DNA of 64,000 nucleotides, taken from positions 1 through 64,000 of the forward strand of contig JAYWGM010000052.1 of assembly GCA_043778225.1 (NCBI GenBank), read 5' to 3'. Below, piece after piece: positions 59,148-64,000 of the stretch; the stretch's first letter is position 1; each line of letters starts with the position of its first letter. This DNA comes from Deinococcales bacterium (lineage in GTDB: Bacteria; Deinococcota; Deinococci; Deinococcales; JAAFIG01). The notes beneath the pieces were generated by a model, which worked only from the letters and a program-made list of their open reading frames with translations, did not search any database and was not told where the DNA came from. Both the position numbers and the translations under genes were made by a program.

Positions 59148-59696
59148 ATGACCAAGCCAAGTCCGATTGAACTTTTCAAAGCCTTCTGGTTGATTGGTTC
59201 AACCAACTTCGGTGGCGGTGGCAGTGCCATCGTCCAGTACCACATGGTCGAACGCCTCAAATGGCTGACACTCGATGATTATCTCGAGTGTTACAGCATG
59301 GTGCAGACTTTGCCGGGTCCGGTTTTTTCAAACCTCTGCACCCACATCGGCACTCGTTTAGGAAGTTGGCAGGGCGGAATTCTTGCCACAGTTGGCGTGA
59401 ATTTCTCGGGCATTGTGGCAATTATCGCAATTGCGGTTTTGTACTCGAGCCAGACCGAACAACCCACATGGCTCAATGGGTTTTTGAAAGGTGTGGCGGT
59501 GTCGGCGGTGGCGATTTCCTTCTTGGCGGTCATCAGAATCGCCCCAAGTGCTTTTCGGACTCGCCCAAGTGTTGTCTTGGCAGTCGCCGCTTTTGTGGCT
59601 AACGCGCTTTTACACATCAATATCGTTTGGGTGCTGTTGGTGCTTGTGCCGCTCGGGATGCTGCTCGAGTGGAAGGAGGCAAACCGTGTTATTTGA
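59148..59696 (+). CDS. Short-chain chromate transporter, subunit 1
   Basis: 'FGGG', 'QTLPGP'. Confidence 0.88.
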   Translation: MTKPSPIELFKAFWLIGSTNFGGGGSAIVQYHMVERLKWLTLDDYLECYSMVQTLPGPVFSNLCTHIGTRLGSWQGGILATVGVNFSGIVAIIAIAVLYSSQTEQPTWLNGFLKGVAVSAVAISFLAVIRIAPSAFRTRPSVVLAVAAFVANALLHINIVWVLLVLVPLGMLLEWKEANRVI

Positions 59697-60207
59697 AGTG
59701 CTGCTGGAGTTTTTGCGCTTTGGAGTGCTTTCGATTGGTGGCGGGTTGGCGATGCTTTCGGAGATGAAACGGGTATTGGTGATTGAACGCCAATGGATAA
59801 GCGCACAGATTTTTGTGGATGGTTGGAGTTTAGGGCAATTTGTGCCGGGACCGAATATGCTCGCCATGGCATTTTATGGCTACCGAATAGATGGCATTTT
59901 GGGTGCAGCCGCCGCTTGGTTTGGAATGTTTGTGCCGGGTGTGGCTTTAAGCATGATTGCCGCCAAACTTTGGCAACGAATCCAGAATGCCCCACTTGCC
60001 AAAGCCTTCCGTGCCGCGATTTTGCCAATTGGCTTTGGTTTTGGGGTTGGTGGTGTCTACACCTTGGCTCGAGTTTCTTTGACCGATGTCTACGGAATTA
60101 TTTTATTGTTAGGTCTGATTTTTTTACTCTACAGCCAGCGCCTCAATCCGATTCTGGCAGTTTTTTTGGGCGGCGTGGTCGGTGTGCTTTTCAAACTGCT
60201 ACAATAA
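59686..60207 (+). CDS. Short-chain chromate transporter, subunit 2
   Basis: SD AAGGAGG then GTG; 'SIGGG', 'QFVPGPN'. Confidence 0.88.
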   Translation: MLFEVLLEFLRFGVLSIGGGLAMLSEMKRVLVIERQWISAQIFVDGWSLGQFVPGPNMLAMAFYGYRIDGILGAAAAWFGMFVPGVALSMIAAKLWQRIQNAPLAKAFRAAILPIGFGFGVGGVYTLARVSLTDVYGIILLLGLIFLLYSQRLNPILAVFLGGVVGVLFKLLQ

Positions 60208-60220
60208 AACGCAGAGGTGA

Positions 60221-60511
60221 ATGATGTTGACTTACAAAGCCATGTTCAAATTTCTCGAGTCCGAGGTTCATGCCGAGGTGTTGGATTTCCCGGGCGTGAT
60301 TACTTGTGCTGCCTCGCTCGAGGAAGCACGTCGTTTATTGAGCAGTGCTTTGGTGGACATGGCAGAAATTGCTTGGCTGCATGGCGAAGCCTTGCCCATA
60401 CCAAATCCTTTGCTGACAGATAATGAAGCTGATTTAGAAGAACCAATCCATTTATTGCTGAAAGCGGCATCGGTGGTCAAACCAACTTTGGTAACGTATG
60501 AAACGGCGTGA
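60221..60511 (+). CDS. hicB: HicB family antitoxin
   Basis: 'AEVLDFPGVIT.A.SLEEARRLL..AL...GEALP.P'. Confidence 0.85.
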   Translation: MMLTYKAMFKFLESEVHAEVLDFPGVITCAASLEEARRLLSSALVDMAEIAWLHGEALPIPNPLLTDNEADLEEPIHLLLKAASVVKPTLVTYETA

Positions 60512-60692
60512 TTTACTGGTGTATCTTTCTTCTTGTGGTTGTCAATTACTGCGCGAAGGCTCTGAACACTCGATTTGGTGGAATCCTATTTCCAAACAGC
60601 GCACAAGTATCCCACGTCACCGTGAAATAAACGACTTTACGGCTGTGAAAATCTGCCTACAGCTTGGGCTTGAACCACCCTACAAAAGTTAA
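60498..60692 (+). CDS. hicA: HicA family toxin
   Basis: 'MKRRDLL...GC.LLREGSEH...IPRHREI...ICLQLG'. Confidence 0.88.
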   Translation: MKRRDLLVYLSSCGCQLLREGSEHSIWWNPISKQRTSIPRHREINDFTAVKICLQLGLEPPYKS

Positions 60693-60744
60693 GTTTGGGC
60701 GGTTTAGTTTTCACTGCAAAAAAATAAAAGGTAGGCTATTAGAC

Positions 60745-61116
60745 ATGACGATCCAAACCCTACATATCACGGACCAAACTTTCGATGCTGCCCTCGAGCC
60801 TTTTGCGATGATTGGCGAGGAATTAAAACTTAAATCCGAGTTGTCTCGAGCCGCCAAAGCCGATGAACAACTCGACCGCTATGCTTTTACTGGGCTTGTC
60901 GAGGCGCTCAAAAGCCAAGAATTCGAGGAAGACCCTTTAGAAACCGTGCTTGACCTCGAGATAACCCAACCTTTTGAATCCGAAGAAGCCGCTTGGGAAG
61001 CGATTAAAAGTTTTTATGCCGAGCGAGCTTGTACGCTGTTGCTGGTCGGTGAAACCGAAGAATTTATTGTTGGCAATGAATTGCTGCAAACCTTAGGCTT
61101 GGGCGCATCCAAGTAG
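60745..61116 (+). CDS. Hypothetical acidic protein
   Basis: 123 aa; leaderless TAGGCT-N7-ATG. Confidence 0.65.
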   Translation: MTIQTLHITDQTFDAALEPFAMIGEELKLKSELSRAAKADEQLDRYAFTGLVEALKSQEFEEDPLETVLDLEITQPFESEEAAWEAIKSFYAERACTLLLVGETEEFIVGNELLQTLGLGASK

Positions 61117-61216
61117 GGATTCTTTTGCGTATATCTTTTGCGAAGGGGTGAAACCCTCCCGCAAATCATCCCTTCACGTTTTGCCTCGAGAATCATGTCA
61201 TTGTAGACTCAATGGC

Positions 61217-62446
61217 ATGATTCAACTCGAGGATGTTTTGGCGGCTCGTGAGCGGGTGCAGGGCAGCATCAATCAGACCCCGATGCTGCGCGATGATGGG
61301 TTATCTAAAACCCTCGATACGCCCGTTTTCTTCAAAGCCGAGTGCTTACAAAAAAGCGGCAGTTTTAAGGTGCGTGGTGCATTTAATAAAATTTCTTGCC
61401 TAACCGATAAGGAGCGGTCTTGCGGCGTAATTGCGCCGTCGGCAGGCAACCACGCCCAGGGTGTCGCCATGGCAGCCGCGCTGCATGGAGTCAAAGCCAC
61501 AATTGTGATGCCGACCTTTGCGCCCTTGACCAAAATTCAAGCCACCCGCAATTATGGCGCAAGCGTGATTCTGCAAGGAACTAGTTTTGACGATGCTGCG
61601 CAATATGCCCACGAATTAGCCCTCGAACACGGCTACACTTTTGTTCATGCGTTTAATGACCCATTGATTATGGCTGGACAAGGCACATTGGGCTTAGAAA
61701 TTCTCGAGGCGCTGCCTAGCTTGGATATTTTACTTGTGCCAATTGGCGGTGGTGGCTTAATTGCTGGAATCGCCACCGCCATTAAAGCGCTACACCCCAA
61801 AACCAGAATCATTGGGGTTCAAGCCTCGGGTTGTTCGGCAGTGCTGCCAAGTCTGGCGGCGGGTTTGCCCGTGGCGGTGCTGGCTTCACAAACGATTGCT
61901 GATGGGATTGCGGTTAAGCGCCCCGGCGAACTGACCTTACCGATTATTCAAAACCTCGTGGATAGTGTGCTTGAAGTCACCGATGACGAAATTGCCAGAG
62001 CCATTGCCCATGCGGTCTCGAGTTCACGGCTGGTGGTCGAAGGGGCTGGGGCGGCTGGTCTAGCGGCGTTATTATCTGGCAAAATCGAATTCTCGAGCGG
62101 TCAGAGCATCTGTGCGCTGTTGTGTGGTGGCAACATCGACGCGAATTTACTGGCACGGGTTCTCGAGCAAGTGATGGTGCGTCAAGGGCGTTATGTGCTG
62201 TTTAAGTTGGCGGTGGTTGACCGCCCGGGGACATTGGCGCAAATTACCGACCGGGTTGCTGAGGCTGGGGCAAACATCATTGATATTTTTCATCGTCGGG
62301 CGTTGTGGCTTGCGCCGCTTGGTAAAGTTGGTGTGGAATTGGTCTTAGAAGTGCGCGACGCTCAACATGGGCAAGAAGTCCAGACTTACCTCGAGCAGCA
62401 CGGTTATCATGTGGCTCGAGAAGTTCAAGGGGATTGGCTCGAGTGA
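61217..62446 (+). CDS. ilvA: Threonine ammonia-lyase (with ACT domain)
   Basis: 'QKSGSFKVRGA', 'SAGNHAQG', 'PIGGGGL', 'DRPG'. Confidence 0.92.
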   Translation: MIQLEDVLAARERVQGSINQTPMLRDDGLSKTLDTPVFFKAECLQKSGSFKVRGAFNKISCLTDKERSCGVIAPSAGNHAQGVAMAAALHGVKATIVMPTFAPLTKIQATRNYGASVILQGTSFDDAAQYAHELALEHGYTFVHAFNDPLIMAGQGTLGLEILEALPSLDILLVPIGGGGLIAGIATAIKALHPKTRIIGVQASGCSAVLPSLAAGLPVAVLASQTIADGIAVKRPGELTLPIIQNLVDSVLEVTDDEIARAIAHAVSSSRLVVEGAGAAGLAALLSGKIEFSSGQSICALLCGGNIDANLLARVLEQVMVRQGRYVLFKLAVVDRPGTLAQITDRVAEAGANIIDIFHRRALWLAPLGKVGVELVLEVRDAQHGQEVQTYLEQHGYHVAREVQGDWLE

Positions 62447-62877
62447 AGATTTTATTTGTTTGTCATGGCAACATCTGTCGCAGTCCAATGGCGACCGGTA
62501 TTTTACGACGAATGGTTTTGGAGCGCGGTTTAGACTGGCAAATTGATTCGGCGGGTATTTCGGCACACCACACGGGTGAGGATATGCACCCCAACACCCG
62601 CCGCATTCTCGAGCGCCACAGTGCTATGTTTAAGCATCAGGCTCGGCAGATTAACGTCACAGATGCCGATTATGACCTCATTTTTGCTGCCACCAAGTAC
62701 ATTGCTCACCAATTGCGACAACGCTTTCCTCAAGCCAACATTCGCCCAATGCTCGAGCATATGGATGTGCCAGACCCATGGTATGGCACGTTTGCCGACT
62801 ATGAAGCGGTCTACGCGCTGCTCGAGCCAGCCCTGCAAGAGTTGTTGCCTGTTTGGAGTCCATTGGGAACTTTTTAG
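62443..62877 (+). CDS. Low molecular weight protein-tyrosine phosphatase
   Basis: 'FVCHGNICRS', 'VPDPWYG'. Confidence 0.92.
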   Translation: MKILFVCHGNICRSPMATGILRRMVLERGLDWQIDSAGISAHHTGEDMHPNTRRILERHSAMFKHQARQINVTDADYDLIFAATKYIAHQLRQRFPQANIRPMLEHMDVPDPWYGTFADYEAVYALLEPALQELLPVWSPLGTF

Positions 62878-62901
62878 CGCCATGGCGCGTAGAATAGAAG
62901 C

Positions 62902-63495
62902 GTGATGGACTCTTTGGTTGGGCGTTCCGAATCTTTTAGCCTCGAATTTGCTGCGCTCGAGGAGTTACGGCTTGGCGACCAAAATGCTTGGGAGGATTTA
63001 ATCCGCACCCATCAAAACCGAATGCTGAATTATCTATTTCATCTCGAGGGCAATTACGAAGATGCCTTAGATTTGTGCCAAGAAACGTTTTTTAGGGCTT
63101 GGAAAGGGATTGCCACATTTCGGGCGGGTGAGCCACTTTTGCCGTGGCTGTACACCATTGCCCGCAATGTCCAAATCGAAAAACACCGCCGCAAAACCCA
63201 CGGGCAGTTTTCGCTCGAACAAGCCTTTGAAGAAACTGGCTTTGAACCAACCGCCAACACCGCTTCGGCGGTCAAAAATGCCGAAGTCTCGCAGAATGCC
63301 GAACGGGTTCGGGCAGCCTTGCTCGATTTACCCGAGGAATACCGCAGCGCAGTGTTGTTGCGTTTTATGCAAGACCAAACGTATGAAGAAATTGCCCAAG
63401 TCCAAAATTGTGCCATTGGCACAGCCAAAAGTCGGGTTTTTCGTGGCAAAGAAATGCTCGAGAAAGCCCTGACTGGGCGGGTGATGCTCGAATGA
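62902..63495 (+). CDS. ECF RNA polymerase sigma factor
   Basis: 'DLCQETF', 'WLYTIARN', 'YEEIA...GTAKSRVFRG'. Confidence 0.92.
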   Translation: MMDSLVGRSESFSLEFAALEELRLGDQNAWEDLIRTHQNRMLNYLFHLEGNYEDALDLCQETFFRAWKGIATFRAGEPLLPWLYTIARNVQIEKHRRKTHGQFSLEQAFEETGFEPTANTASAVKNAEVSQNAERVRAALLDLPEEYRSAVLLRFMQDQTYEEIAQVQNCAIGTAKSRVFRGKEMLEKALTGRVMLE

Positions 63496-64000
63496 CCCTA
63501 CCTGAACTCTTGCACAACTTACCAACGGTCAATGCCCCAGCCCCTTTTGCCTCAGAGCTTGCGGCACAGGTTGCTTTGGCAGCGCAACTCGAGCAGCTAT
63601 CCAATGCCCATCCGCCACCCAATTTTGCTGCCCAGACCGCCCGACGGATTGCCTCCGATGCGCTTCCGATGCTTTGGCTCGAAACCGTACAAGCCCCAGC
63701 CGATTTTGCGGCGCTTATGGCAGCCCAAATTGCCACCGAAGCCAACCCCTTGCGCTTCCTCGAGCCACAAACTGTACCACCTAAATTTGCGGCAGGCTTA
63801 GCAGCACAAATTGCCAATCCGTTAGTCAGTGCGCCCCAAGTGGCTGCGCCGCTTCACTTTGCAACTCGAGTCTCGAGAAAAATTGCTGAGGATGCTGCAC
63901 TCAATAGCGAACACGACCGTACTCCATTGTATTTTTTAGGGACACTCTTGGCAGGTGTGGCGCTGGCTTTTGGCGCTTTGACTTGGACGGACACCCAAGC
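63492..64000 (+). CDS. Putative anti-sigma factor, partial (runs off the window)
   Basis: ATGA overlap with sigma; MTLPELLHNL... with five 'PxxFAxxxxxxI/VA' repeats, then a hydrophobic segment; translated by hand. Confidence 0.7.
   Translation, partial: MTLPELLHNLPTVNAPAPFASELAAQVALAAQLEQLSNAHPPPNFAAQTARRIASDALPMLWLETVQAPADFAALMAAQIATEANPLRFLEPQTVPPKFAAGLAAQIANPLVSAPQVAAPLHFATRVSRKIAEDAALNSEHDRTPLYFLGTLLAGVALAFGALTWTDTQ

Overview
Gene-dense chromosomal window of roughly 50% GC. It most likely comes from a Deinococcota bacterium, because it carries an Nqo15 homologue and has pervasive leaderless -10/ATG starts. Core genes include ackA, mrdA, minC, sufU, leuB, kynU, asd, lysC, galK, a liv-type ABC operon, nqo15, rnj, ddl, ilvA and an ECF sigma factor. 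Small accessory modules sit between them: a Septu-like ATPase/HNH pair, an ATPase/DUF4276-like pair, four toxin-antitoxin-like pairs, a STAND-TPR-activator gene beside a surface lipoprotein, and a Uma2 pseudogene. There are four main signals. (1) The palindrome CTCGAG is extremely over-represented in all reading frames, like cyanobacterial HIP1, and is depleted in apparently recent acquisitions. (2) A translationally coupled Skp / stand-alone C39 peptidase / Lnt-like acyltransferase operon lies divergent from a structured, boxA-like leader and a small ORF. (3) Four unrelated 23-27 bp tandem duplications are each anchored on a stop codon. (4) A leaderless Thr/Ile attenuator precedes asd. No rRNA, tRNA, CRISPR array, integrase or transposase was seen. 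All family calls are from motif recognition by eye; no database searches were run.
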